A stretch of DNA of 64,000 nt, taken from NCBI GenBank assembly GCA_965240325.2, contig OZ251236.1:682001-746000 (forward strand), written 5' to 3'. A program made the translations under genes and the position numbers. The DNA comes from Rebecca billardiae RCC1528 (lineage: Eukaryota > Protista > Haptophyta). This document shows positions 46,801 through 57,814 of the stretch, in pieces; position 1 is the stretch's first letter, and the number at the start of each line of letters is the position of its first letter. Below the pieces are notes generated by a model that saw only the letters and a program-made list of their open reading frames with translations, was not told the origin of the DNA and made no database searches.

Positions 46801-47524
46801 CATGCGGGTGCGGCGGGTCGGCGCGGCCCCGCCGCGCGCTCATCCGGCCGCGCGCCGCCGCGCCAGCCGCTCCTGCACGCGGGCTGACTCAGGCGTCAGC
46901 CTCACCCAACCGTGAGCCGCCAGCTGCTTGCCGTGGAGCTGGTCGGGAGATGATGGGGTGGGTCGGCTGCTCCCAGAAGCTCTCCACGCGCGCCGCGCGC
47001 GCTGCATACGGGTGCGGCGGGTCGGCGCGGCCCCGCCGCGCGCCCATCCGGCCGCGCGCCGCCGCGCCAGCCGCTCCTGCACGCGGGCATGGCTGCCGAA
47101 GATCCGCACGGAATCGGCCGGGCATCAGACAGCAGTACCCGAATAACGGTTCGAATCGCTCAGTAACGTCGAAAGCAATGCCTGCCGGCCGCGGCGCGCC
47201 GGCGCGCAGGTCAGCACGGCGGGCACGCGCTGGTACGGACCACTGTGGTGCTCCTGCGAGCAGCTGCTGACGCGTTGGCGCGATGAGACCAGCGTCCTCG
47301 CAAACACGTGACCAGGTGGCCCAGTGCCACTGCCCTGCCTCCACACGCTAGTCGAGGGAGTGACGCGTGCCGAATGTGTCTCGCCGGATGACCACCAAGG
47401 CTGCTGTCAATAAATATGAGGTGGGTCTCGTCGACAACCCGAACTGCTGGGTGTCTATTTGAAATATACTCCGCAGATTCTGCCAGTGGCAGCTACGGAG
47501 CTACGCTCGTCGCCGAGATACCTT
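43847..47524. repeat. Three tandem 1224-bp B units joined by CAG; each holds ~3.3 copies of a 204-bp GC-rich subrepeat
   Basis: B1 43847-45070, B2 45074-46297, B3 46301-47524; junctions GAGATACCTT-CAG-TGTGCACAC. Confidence 0.95.
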
Positions 47525-48306
47525 CAGGGTCTCCAACATTAAACTGGACACTTTGGGCAGCAGCTCAGCGTACGGCCTGTGGCTGCCTCGCGCGGGGTCA
47601 GGAGCGGCCAGCTCGGCTCGTGTGCACCCCACTAGGTCTGTCTGCGACCGCGCATAGCCGGGCAGCCCGCGTGGAGCACCCCTCTGGGTCATGCGGACAG
47701 TCGGCACAAGGCTGGTCGTGAGGGCCGTGAAGCAGCCGTGTGGCTTCTGCGCATGTCTGTAGCCAGCAAGCCCGCTCAAGGCCGCGCAGATATTATTACG
47801 TGGCATGGTCGATGACTATGCGGCATGCGCTCGACAGCCCTGGGCAAGCCCGGACGTAGCGCTACACCAGGAGTATATACGGCTCGATCGGACCAGCCTA
47901 CCAGTTGCGCACCTCGCTTGCACAGCTGCTGCACAGCCCATCGATCGGCTCTGGCCGTGCAGGCAAGGGCTACAGTCGGCGCCACTACCCGCAGCGAACG
48001 CTGGAGACCCACCAGTGCGCGCACCAACCCGCCCGCCGCCAAATGCAACCGTGCGCCAGATACGAATTTTAGCAGGCATGCCACCCGCGGGGGCTCCGTG
48101 GACCTGTTCAGAGCCAACCGCTAGTCGGTTGAGCTGTACATCCAAGCCAGCCCTGGCCACACGCTGAGCGCGCCGCTCGCTGCACCCACACCCTGTCGTC
48201 ATCCGAGGAGTAAGGTCCATGGCGCTCATGCGAGCCTCTGGCCCATCTCATCGTTAGCAGCCGTAGTCAGCAAAAATCAGTGTCCGAACAATTGTTGGGG
48301 ACCCTG
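47525..48306. mobile_element. MITE A, copy 2
   Basis: Appears identical to copy 1; flanked by TT and TG rather than TA. Confidence 0.85.
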
Positions 48307-49530
48307 TGTGCACACTCGCCTGCCGCATGTTGAGTGACTGTCAGCCAGGGAGCTGAAGACGACGGCTTCTCAGAGGCCGCGCGAGCTCGACGGCGGCGCG
48401 CGCGGGCACGGTGGGCTGGCGCGGCCCCGGCGCGCGCCCATCCGGCCGCGCGCCGCCGCGCCAGCCGCTCCTGCACGCGGGCTGACTCAGGCGTCAGCCT
48501 CACCCAACCGTGAGCCGCCAGCTGCTTGCCGTGGAGCTGGTCGGGAGAGGATGGGGTGGGTCGGCTGCTCCCAGAAGCTCCCCACGCGCGCCGCGCGCGC
48601 TGCATGCGGGTGCGGCGGGTCGGCGCGGCCCCGCCGCGCGCCCATCCGGCCGCGCGCCGCCGCGCCAGCCGCTCCTGCACGCGGGCTGACTCAGGCGTCA
48701 GCCTCACCCAACCGTGAGCCGCCAGCTGCTTGCCGTGGAGCTGGTCGGGAGAGGATGGGGTGGGTCGGCTGCTCCCAGAAGCTCCCCACGCGCGCCGCGC
48801 GCGCTGCATGCGGGTGCGGCGGGTCGGCGCGGCCCCGCCGCGCGCTCATCCGGCCGCGCGCCGCCGCGCCAGCCGCTCCTGCACGCGGGCTGACTCAGGC
48901 GTCAGCCTCACCCAACCGTGAGCCGCCAGCTGCTTGCCGTGGAGCTGGTCGGGAGATGATGGGGTGGGTCGGCTGCTCCCAGAAGCTCTCCACGCGCGCC
49001 GCGCGCGCTGCATACGGGTGCGGCGGGTCGGCGCGGCCCCGCCGCGCGCCCATCCGGCCGCGCGCCGCCGCGCCAGCCGCTCCTGCACGCGGGCATGGCT
49101 GCCGAAGATCCGCACGGAATCGGCCGGGCATCAGACAGCAGTACCCGAATAACGGTTCGAATCGCTCAGTAACGTCGAAAGCAATGCCTGCCGGCCGCGG
49201 CGCGCCGGCGCGCAGGTCAGCACGGCGGGCACGCGCTGGTACGGACCACTGTGGTGCTCCTGCGAGCAGCTGCTGACGCGTTGGCGCGATGAGACCAGCG
49301 TCCTCGCAAACACGTGACCAGGTGGCCCAGTGCCACTGCCCTGCCTCCACACGCTAGTCGAGGGAGTGACGCGTGCCGAATGTGTCTCGCCGGATGACCA
49401 CCAAGGCTGCTGTCAATAAATATGAGGTGGGTCTCGTCGACAACCCGAACTGCTGGGTGTCTATTTGAAATATACTCCGCAGATTCTGCCAGTGGCAGCT
49501 ACGGAGCTACGCTCGTCGCCGAGATACCTT
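48307..49530. repeat. Fourth B unit (1224 bp)
   Basis: Appears identical to B1-B3. Confidence 0.95.
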
Positions 49531-50312
49531 CAGGGTCTCCAACATTAAACTGGACACTTTGGGCAGCAGCTCAGCGTACGGCCTGTGGCTGCCTCGCGCG
49601 GGGTCAGGAGCGGCCAGCTCGGCTCGTGTGCACCCCACTAGGTCTGTCTGCGACCGCGCATAGCCGGGCAGCCCGCGTGGAGCACCCCTCTGGGTCATGC
49701 GGACAGTCGGCACAAGGCTGGTCGTGAGGGCCGTGAAGCAGCCGTGTGGCTTCTGCGCATGTCTGTAGCCAGCAAGCCCGCTCAAGGCCGCGCAGATATT
49801 ATTACGTGGCATGGTCGATGACTATGCGGCATGCGCTCGACAGCCCTGGGCAAGCCCGGACGTAGCGCTACACCAGGAGTATATACGGCTCGATCGGACC
49901 AGCCTACCAGTTGCGCACCTCGCTTGCACAGCTGCTGCACAGCCCATCGATCGGCTCTGGCCGTGCAGGCAAGGGCTACAGTCGGCGCCACTACCCGCAG
50001 CGAACGCTGGAGACCCACCAGTGCGCGCACCAACCCGCCCGCCGCCAAATGCAACCGTGCGCCAGATACGAATTTTAGCAGGCATGCCACCCGCGGGGGC
50101 TCCGTGGACCTGTTCAGAGCCAACCGCTAGTCGGTTGAGCTGTACATCCAAGCCAGCCCTGGCCACACGCTGAGCGCGCCGCTCGCTGCACCCACACCCT
50201 GTCGTCATCCGAGGAGTAAGGTCCATGGCGCTCATGCGAGCCTCTGGCCCATCTCATCGTTAGCAGCCGTAGTCAGCAAAAATCAGTGTCCGAACAATTG
50301 TTGGGGACCCTG
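49531..50312. mobile_element. MITE A, copy 3
   Basis: Appears identical to copy 1; followed by TA. Confidence 0.85.
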
Positions 50313-50339
50313 TAGTTCAGAAGAGTCACTACAAAAAGT

Positions 50340-51960
50340 CTCCGCCAGCGGAGCATCCGGGCAAGGGGCCCAGACCCTCCGCCGGCGGAGATTTTTGTGG
50401 CCACGAAAAATCCCCGCTGGCGGAGCATGGAATGCTCCGCTGGCGGAGCCTGGGCTTGCAGGAATGACACAACAAACGTACTAGTTATGGTATCAGAAGT
50501 CTGTCAACCACCGAACAGCAGTCACCTCCGCTGGCGGAGCTCGCTAATGAGCCATGCCTTTTGTAAACTAATACACTCGGCACTTGAACTGAGCTCCGCT
50601 GGCGGAGCTTCGGGGGCGCCGAATGCCATTCTTGATGACCCACCTGACTTGAACTGAGCTCCGCTGGCGGAGCGTCGGTGGTCAGCGCCGTGTGTCATAT
50701 CGGAGAAATAATGCTAAGCCTTTCAACGCATTCATACTCTGCTGTGCCACACATTCAACCTCCGCTGGCGGAGCTCACTGGCCTATTCGACTTGAACTGA
50801 GCTCCACTGGTGGAGCCTCGGCTGCGCCGAATGTCCTTAATCGATGACCCACTCTCGACTTGAGCTGAGCTCCCCTGGCGGAGCTTTGGTGGCGCCGCAT
50901 GTCATATTGGAGTAACGCGGAAGCGTCAACCGTAGTCATATCTATATTGAGACTCAACCTCCGCTGGCGGAGCTCGCGGACCTACTAGTATTCAACTTTA
51001 ACTGAGCTCCGCTGGCGGAGCCTCGGCTGTGTCGAATGTCCTTATCGATGGCCGACGTCTTGACTTGAGCTGAGCTCCGCTGGCGGAGCTTTGGTGGCGC
51101 CGCATGCCATTTATGGGAATAATGTGAAGCCGTTAACCATAATCATATCCATATTGACACTCAACCTCCGCTGGCGGAGCTCACGGACCTATTCGACTTG
51201 AGCTGAGCTCCACTGGCGGAGCTTTGGTGGCGCCGCATATCATATTGGAGTAATGCGAAGCCGTCAACCGTAATCATACGTATCCATATTGATACTCAAC
51301 CTCCGCTGGCGGAGCTCACTGGCCTATTCGACTTGAACTGAGCTCCGCTGGCGGAGCCTCGGCTCCGCCGAATGTCCTTATCGATGGCCCACGTCTTGAC
51401 TTGAGCTGAGCTCCGCTGGCGGAGCTTTGGTGGCGCCGCATGTCATATTGGAGTAATGCAAAGCCATTAACTACCGTAATCATATCCATATTGACACTCA
51501 ACCTCCGCTGGCGGAGCTCGCGGGCCTATTCAACTTGAACTGAGCTCCGCTGGCGGAGCCTCGGCTGCGCCGAATGTCCTTATCGATGGCCCACTTGACT
51601 TGAGCTGAGCTCCGCTGGCGGAGCTTTGGTGGCGCCGCATGTCATATTGGAGTAATGCAAAGCCGTTAACTACCGTAATCATATCCATATTGACACTCAA
51701 CCTCCGCTGGCGGAGCTCGCGGGCCTATTCAACTTGAACTGAGCTCCGCTGGCGGAGCCTCGGCTGCGCCGAATGTCCTTATCGATGGCCCACGACTTGA
51801 CTTGAGCTGAGCTCCGCTGGCGGAGCTTTGGTGGCGCCGAATGTCATATTGGAGTAATGCGAAGTCGTTAACCGTAATACTATCCATATTGACACTCAAC
51901 CTCCGCTGGCGGAGCTCACGGGCCTATTCAACTTGAACTGAGCTCCGCTGGCGGAGCCTC
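50340..51960 (+). repeat. Left subterminal array: ~26 copies of CTCCGCTGGCGGAG in ~200-bp three-motif units
   Basis: Motif start-to-start spacing cycles ~42/68/90 bp, and the spacers themselves repeat. Confidence 0.93.
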
Positions 51961-52599
51961 TGCTTGTGGTTTGCTGCAATTGGGGCTGGGCAGCCTGGGC
52001 TCAGCATGGGGCAGCTGTTCACAGCCCAGGCGGGGCGTCACCGCCTGTGAGCCGTCGGTGGGCAGGGCCGACGGCGTCGCAGAGCTCATGCGTGGGAGCA
52101 GCGCGTCGAGGAAGCGATCAAGGTCGAGAAGGAAGGGGCAAGCAGCAGGGGCTGCCTGTACGTTTGTACATGCCTCCACACCGGTGCACATCACCCTTGC
52201 TCACTGCAGTCGTGAACAGTGCTGCCACTCATCTCATCATCGCTCACCATGCAGTGACGGCCGAGCTGCGGCGAACTCTCACAGGCACCGAACACGCATC
52301 GGCTGTGCCCGCTGGTGCTGGTATGCGCTGTCCTCTACTTGCTGTCGGACAGCAAGGAGACGGCACAGCCGCATCTGCGAGCGGGCGAGGTGATGCTGTC
52401 CAGTGTCCTCTGCTCAGCGAGGCTGAGAGGCTGAGCACGGATCACGGATAGTGAGCCCTGGTATCTCAACGCATCCAGGAGAGCAGTTGGTGCATGCCTG
52501 TGCTCAGACGTGCAGGACCAACCATCCGGTGCTGATTCAAGCACCCGCGCCAACAGCGGCGGCACTCAACTCCACGCTGCTGATGCGGCCGCACAGCTG

Positions 52600-53480
52600 C
52601 AGGGATGGTACCACGGCGGGCGACGGCGGGCGCTGCAGCTGGCAGCTCGGTGGTGCCTGCCCGAGGGGCCTGGGCGCCGGGCGCACCGAGCGCGATGACG
52701 CCTCTCGCATCGCCTAGCGCGCTGGAGCCGCTGTCATCCGATGCTGCTGTGCCCGCGCCCAGCTTGGGCTGCAGCAGCTGCGCTCGACTCCGCGCCGAGT
52801 GCGGCGGCAGCAGCGGGGATGGTGCCACCGCGGGCTGCGGCAGGCGCTGCGGCTGGCAGCTCGGTGGTGCGCGCCCGAGGGGCCTGGGCGCTGGGCACAG
52901 CGAGCGCGGTGACGCTGCTCGCCTCGCCCAGCGCGCTGGAGCCGCTGCCATCGCGCGCTGCGCTGCCCGCGCCCAGCTTGGGCTGCCGCAGCTGCACTCA
53001 ACTCCTCGCCGAGTGCGGCGGCAGCAGCAGGGATGGTACCACGCGGGCGGCGGCTATCACTTTGGCTGGCAGCTCGGTGGTGCCTGCCCGAGGGGCCTGG
53101 GCGGTGGACGCACCGAGCGCGATGACGTTGCTCGCCTCGCCCAGCGCGCTGGAGCCGCTGCCATCCGGCGCTGCGGTGTCCGCGGCTCCGCGCCCCGCCG
53201 GGGCAGCTAGCTGTCACAGCTGGCAGCTGCGCTCGACTCCGCGCCAGTGGGAGGGATGATGCCTCGGCGGGTGGTGGCGGTCGATGCAGCTGGCAGCTCG
53301 GTAGTGCGCGCCCGAGGGGCGTGACCGGCCTAGGCAGCAGCAGCTGCGCTGGACTCCGCGCCGATTGTGGCTGCAGCAGCAGGGAAGGCGCCACTGGCTG
53401 CGGCGGAGGTGGATGCAGCGATCAGCTCGGTTGTGTGCGCGCGAGGGGCCTGGGCGGCAGACGCGCCCAATGCGGTGACG
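52600..53480 (+). repeat. Degenerate ~214-bp GC-rich tandem repeat, mirrored at ~54350-55220
   Basis: CAGCTCGGTGGTG recurs at ~52643, 52857 and 53070, with a variant at 53294. Confidence 0.8.
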
Positions 53481-55859
53481 CCGATGCACGCGTCCGATAT
53501 GCTGGCCAGCAGCAGCCGTTGTGACACTTCTTCCGCCGGCTGACGGCAGCAGGCGGTACCATCGGTCACATTGGTGAATTCGAATCGGGGAGAACCCGGC
53601 AGGCCTCAGCCCCGGACACTGCTGCCTGCCAATGACCTGTGAGGGCCGCAGGCCTTCCGGGGCACGGGGGCCGCTGCGGTCAGCTCTTTGAGCTAGCCCG
53701 GCGCCGGGCGCGCGAACAAGTACGGCCCGGCGTCGGTGAGGCCGAGCAAGGCGCGCCGAAGTGCCGCGGCCCAGATCTCAGCGCACGCATCATCAGTACT
53801 ACGACATCACTGCGCCGCGGATATGCATCAGATAGCGCGACTGATGATGATGATGCGCCGCGCGCTCCCCGCTGACCGGAGCCCGACTACGAGTAGCAGG
53901 CGCGCATGATCTGAGCTGAGTACGTAAGTAGCCCGTGTCATCCAGTGGCGGTGTCACACTTATGTGACTCAGGAGTCGGAGGAGTCGTTATCGTCATATC
54001 GTCATCATCATCATGAAGACGCGCAATAAAACGGTCATCAGGCGGACCTGCGCTACCATACGCCGTCAATGTAATGCTGAGGGCGAGGCCGGCAGCGTAG
54101 TCGTAACCTACTACTACTACGTACAGAAAAAAGTATAGCGCCATCATAAGAAGAGTAGCTGCGTGTGACTCGTCACCGCGTTCTCAAAACTCCTGCGCTG
54201 CTGATCGGGACTCGGACGTACGCCGTCTTAAGCCTATATACCGGCGTGCGGTCGCAAGTCAATTCACGCGGCCCCTGCGACTCAGCGGCTCACTCACCTG
54301 GCTCATACGCAGCAACCGAGCAGTCACGGAGATCTGAGCAGCAGCTGTTAATTACCAGCCTGCTGCTGCTGCTGCCTGCGGCCGCACGCGGCGTGGAGTC
54401 GAGCGCACAGTCCGCAGCTGCCCGAACGGTTCAGCAGCATCAAATGGCAGCGGCTCGAGCGTGATAGGGGAAGCGAGGGGCGTCAGCTCGCTCGGCGCGT
54501 CCGTCGCCCAGGCCCCTTGGGCAGGCACCGTCGAGCTACCAGCTGCAGCGACTGCCGCCGCTCGCCGTGGTACAATCCCTGCTGCTGCCGCCGCACGGGT
54601 GCGGAGTCGAGCGCACCTCGTGCTGCTCCGGCTGGGCGCGGACACCGCAGCGCCGGATGGCAAACGGCTCCAGCGCGCTGGGCGAGGCGAGCAACGTCAT
54701 CGCGCTCGGTGCGTCCACCGCCCAGGCCCCTCGGGCAGGCACCACCGAGCTGCCAGCCAAAGTGATAGCCGCCGCCCGACGTGGCAACATCCCTGCTGCC
54801 ACCGCACTCGGCGCGGAGTCGAGCGCAGCTGCGGCAGCCCACGCTCGACGCGGGCACAGCAGCGCCCGGTGGCAGCGGCTCCAGCGCGCTGGGCGAGGCG
54901 AGCAACGTCACCGCGCTCGCTGCGCCCAGCGCCCAGGCCCCTCGGGCGCGCACCACCGAGCTGCCAGCTGCAGCGCCTGCCGCAGCCCGCGGTGGCACCA
55001 TCCCCGCTGCTGCCGCCGCACTCGGCGCGGAGTCGAGCGCAGCTGCTGCAGCCCAAGCTGGGCGCGGGCACAGCAGCGTCGGATGACAGCGGCTCCAGCG
55101 CGCTGGGCGATGCGAGAGGCGTCATCGCGCTCGGTGCGCCCGGCGCCCAGGCCCATCGGGCAGGCACCACCGAGCTGCCAGCTGCAGCGCCCGCCGTCGC
55201 CCGCCGTGGTACCATCCCTGCAGCTGTGCGGCCGCATCAGCAGCGTGGAGTTGAGTGCCGCCGCTGTTGGCGCGGGTGCTTGAATCAGCACCGGATGGTT
55301 GGTCCTGCACGTCTGAGCACAGGCATGCACCAACTGCTCTCCTGGATGCGTTGAGATACCAGGGCTCACTATCCGTGATCCGTGCTCAGCCTCTCAGCCT
55401 CGCTGAGCAGAGGACACTGGACAGCATCACCTCGCCCGCTCGCAGATGCGGCTGTGCCGTCTCCTTGCTGTCCGACAGCAAGTAGAGGACAGCGCATGCC
55501 AGCACCAGCGGGCACAGCCGATGCGTGTTCGGTGCCTGTGAGAGTTCGCCGCAGCTCGGCCGTCACTGCATGGTGAGCGATGATGAGATGAGTGGCAGCA
55601 CTGTTCACGACTGCAGTGAGCAAGGGTGATGTGCACCGGTGTGGAGGCATGTACAAACGTACAGGCAGCCCCTGCTGCTTGCCCCTTCCTTCTCGACCTT
55701 GATCGCTTCCTCGACGCGCTGCTCCCACGCATGAGCTCTGCGACGCCGTCGGCCCTGCCCACCGACGGCTCACAGGCGGTGACGCCCCGCCTGGGCTGTG
55801 AACAGCTGCCCCATGCTGAGCCCAGGCTGCCCAGCCCCAATTGCAGCAAACCACAAGCA

Positions 55860-57282
55860 GAGGCTCCGCCAGCGGAGCTCAGTTCAAGTTGAATACGTCC
55901 GTGAGCTCCGCCAGCGGAGGTTGAGTGTCAATATGGATAGTATTACGGTTAACGACTTCGCATTACATTAATATGACATTCGGCGCCACCAAAGCTCCGC
56001 CAGCGGAGCTCAGCTCAAGTCAAGTCGTGGGCCAGATGTCGATAAGGACATTCGGCGCAGCCGAGGCTCCGCCAGCGGAGCTCAGTTCAAGTTGAATAGG
56101 CCCGCGAGCTCCGCCAGCGGAGGTTGAGTGTCAATATGGATATGATTACGGTAGTTAACGGCTTTGCATTACTCCAATATGACATGCGGCGCCACCAAAG
56201 CTCCGCCAGCGGAGCTCAGCTCAAGTCAAGACGTGGGCCATCGATAAGGACATTCGGCGGAGCCGAGGCTCCGCCAGCGGAGCTCAGTTCAAGTCGAATA
56301 GGTCCGTGAGCTCCGCCAGCGGAGGTTGAGTATCAATATGGATATATGATTACGGTTGACGGCTTCGCATTACTCCAATATGATATGCGGCGCCACCAAA
56401 GCTCCGCCAGCGGAGCTCAGCTCAAGTCGAATAGGTCCGTGAGCTCCGCCAGCGGAGGTTGAGTGTCAATATGGATATGATTATGGTTAACGGCTTCACA
56501 TTATTCCCATAAATGGCATGCTGCGCCACCAAAGCTCCGCCAGCGGAGCTCAGCTCAAGTCAAGACGTCGGCCATCGATAAGGACATTCGACACAGCCGA
56601 GGCTCCGCCAGCGGAGCTCAGTTAAAGTTGAATACTAGTAGGTCCGCGAGCTCCGCCAGCGGAGGTTGAGTCTCAATATAGATATGACTACGGTTGACGC
56701 TTCCGCGTTACTCCAATATGGCATGCGGCGCCACCAAAGCTCCGCCAGGGGAGCTCAGCTCAAGTCGAGAGTGGGTCATCGATTAAGGACATTAGGACAT
56801 TCGGCGCAGCCGAGGCTCCACCAGTGGAGCTCAGTTCAAGTCGAATAGGCCAGTGAGCTCCGCCAGCGGAGGTTGAATGTGTGGCACAGCGCAGAGTATG
56901 AATGCGTTGAAAGGCTTAGCATTATTTCTCCAATATGACACACGGCGCTGACCACCGACGCTCCGCCAGCGGAGCTCAGTTCAAGTCAGGTGGGTCATCA
57001 AGAATGGCATTCGGCGCCCCCGAAGCTCCGCCAGCGGAGCTCAGTTCAAGTGCCGAGTGTATTAGTTTACAAAGGCATGGCTCATTAGCGAGCTCCACCA
57101 GCGGAGGTGACTGCTGTTCGGTGGTTGACAGACTTCTGGTATAACTAGTTTGTTGTGTCAATCCTGCAAGCCCAGGCTCCGCCAGCGGAGCATTCCATGC
57201 TCCGCCAGCGGGGATTTTTCGTGGCCACAAAAATCTCCGCCGGCGGAGGGTCTGGGTCTTGCCCGATGCTCCGCTGGCGGGG
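55860..57282 (-). repeat. Right subterminal array (inverted copy, one ~200-bp unit fewer)
   Basis: CTCCGCCAGCGGAG copies; six GGTTGA unit markers versus seven TCAACC on the left. Confidence 0.92.
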
Positions 57283-57304
57283 ATTTTTTGTAGTGACTGC
57301 CCTG

Positions 57305-57428
57305 AGTAGTTGGACTCGCCGTAGTTAGTAGTAGTTGGACTCGCCGAAGTTGGTAGTAGTTGGACTCGCCGGACAGTTAGTTAGTAGCGGTTGGACTCGC
57401 CGAAGTTAGTAGTAGTTGGACTCGCCGG
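57305..57428. repeat. ~25-bp minisatellite, 5 copies (TTGGACTCGCCGAAGTTAGTAGTAG)
   Basis: TTGGACTCGCCG at 57310, 57335, 57360, 57391 and 57416. Confidence 0.9.
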
Positions 57429-57814
57429 ATGAGCAGCCAGCAGGTAATACAGTTTACTAAGAATAAGAGACGCACACAGCTCAGGCAGGCGAGATAGTTT
57501 TCTATGGCGATATGGAATGTGTCGTCGTATAATAAGAGACGCACACAGCTCGGGCAGGCGACGAGATTGACGCCCGCCAACTGTCACCGCCCATGAAGCC
57601 GTCGCCGATGGTAGCGCCGCCGGAACAGTAACCGACAGGGTGAGTGAGTCACTGAGTGAGGGTCTCCAACACAGGTATCATATTGGGGCCTCACTGTCAC
57701 TACGACACTAGGAGCGGCCAGCTCGACTCGTGTAGTGCGGTCTACAATCCTTTGACTCAGAGTACTCAGACTGTCGACAGTCTGAGACAAGGGTTGTAGA
57801 CCGCACCGCCCAAG

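Larger units (their letters stand above)
43065..50312. mobile_element. Compound element A-B-B-B-A-B-A (7248 bp) bounded by MITE copies and flanked by TA
   Basis: TA|CAGGGTCTCCAACA ... TGTTGGGGACCCTG|TA; periods of 1227 bp (B+CAG) and 2006 bp (A+B), also visible as identical ORFs in the track. Confidence 0.9.
50327..57295. mobile_element. Non-autonomous foldback element with CACTA (EnSpm-like) termini and ~2.6-3 kb inverted arms
   Basis: CACTACAAAAA at 50327 and TTTTTGTAGTG ending at 57295. Mirror-image ORFs, e.g. 51928-52194(-) equals 55626-55892(+). No transposase. Confidence 0.88.

Noticed and set aside
43065-50312. LTR retrotransposon interpretation (A as LTR)
   Set aside because: A ends are CA..TG rather than TG..CA, the flank is TA rather than a 4-6 bp TSD, and no PBS/PPT or gag/pol is evident.
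43034-57230. Many short ORFs repeated through the arrays
   Set aside because: They are translations of GC-rich repeats with no recognisable domains.
50340-57282. CRISPR array interpretation of the CTCCGCTGGCGGAG repeats
   Set aside because: Spacers recur in a three-step cycle and differ in length, the repeat is only 14-20 bp, there are no cas genes, and the arrays lie inside CACTA termini in eukaryotic DNA.
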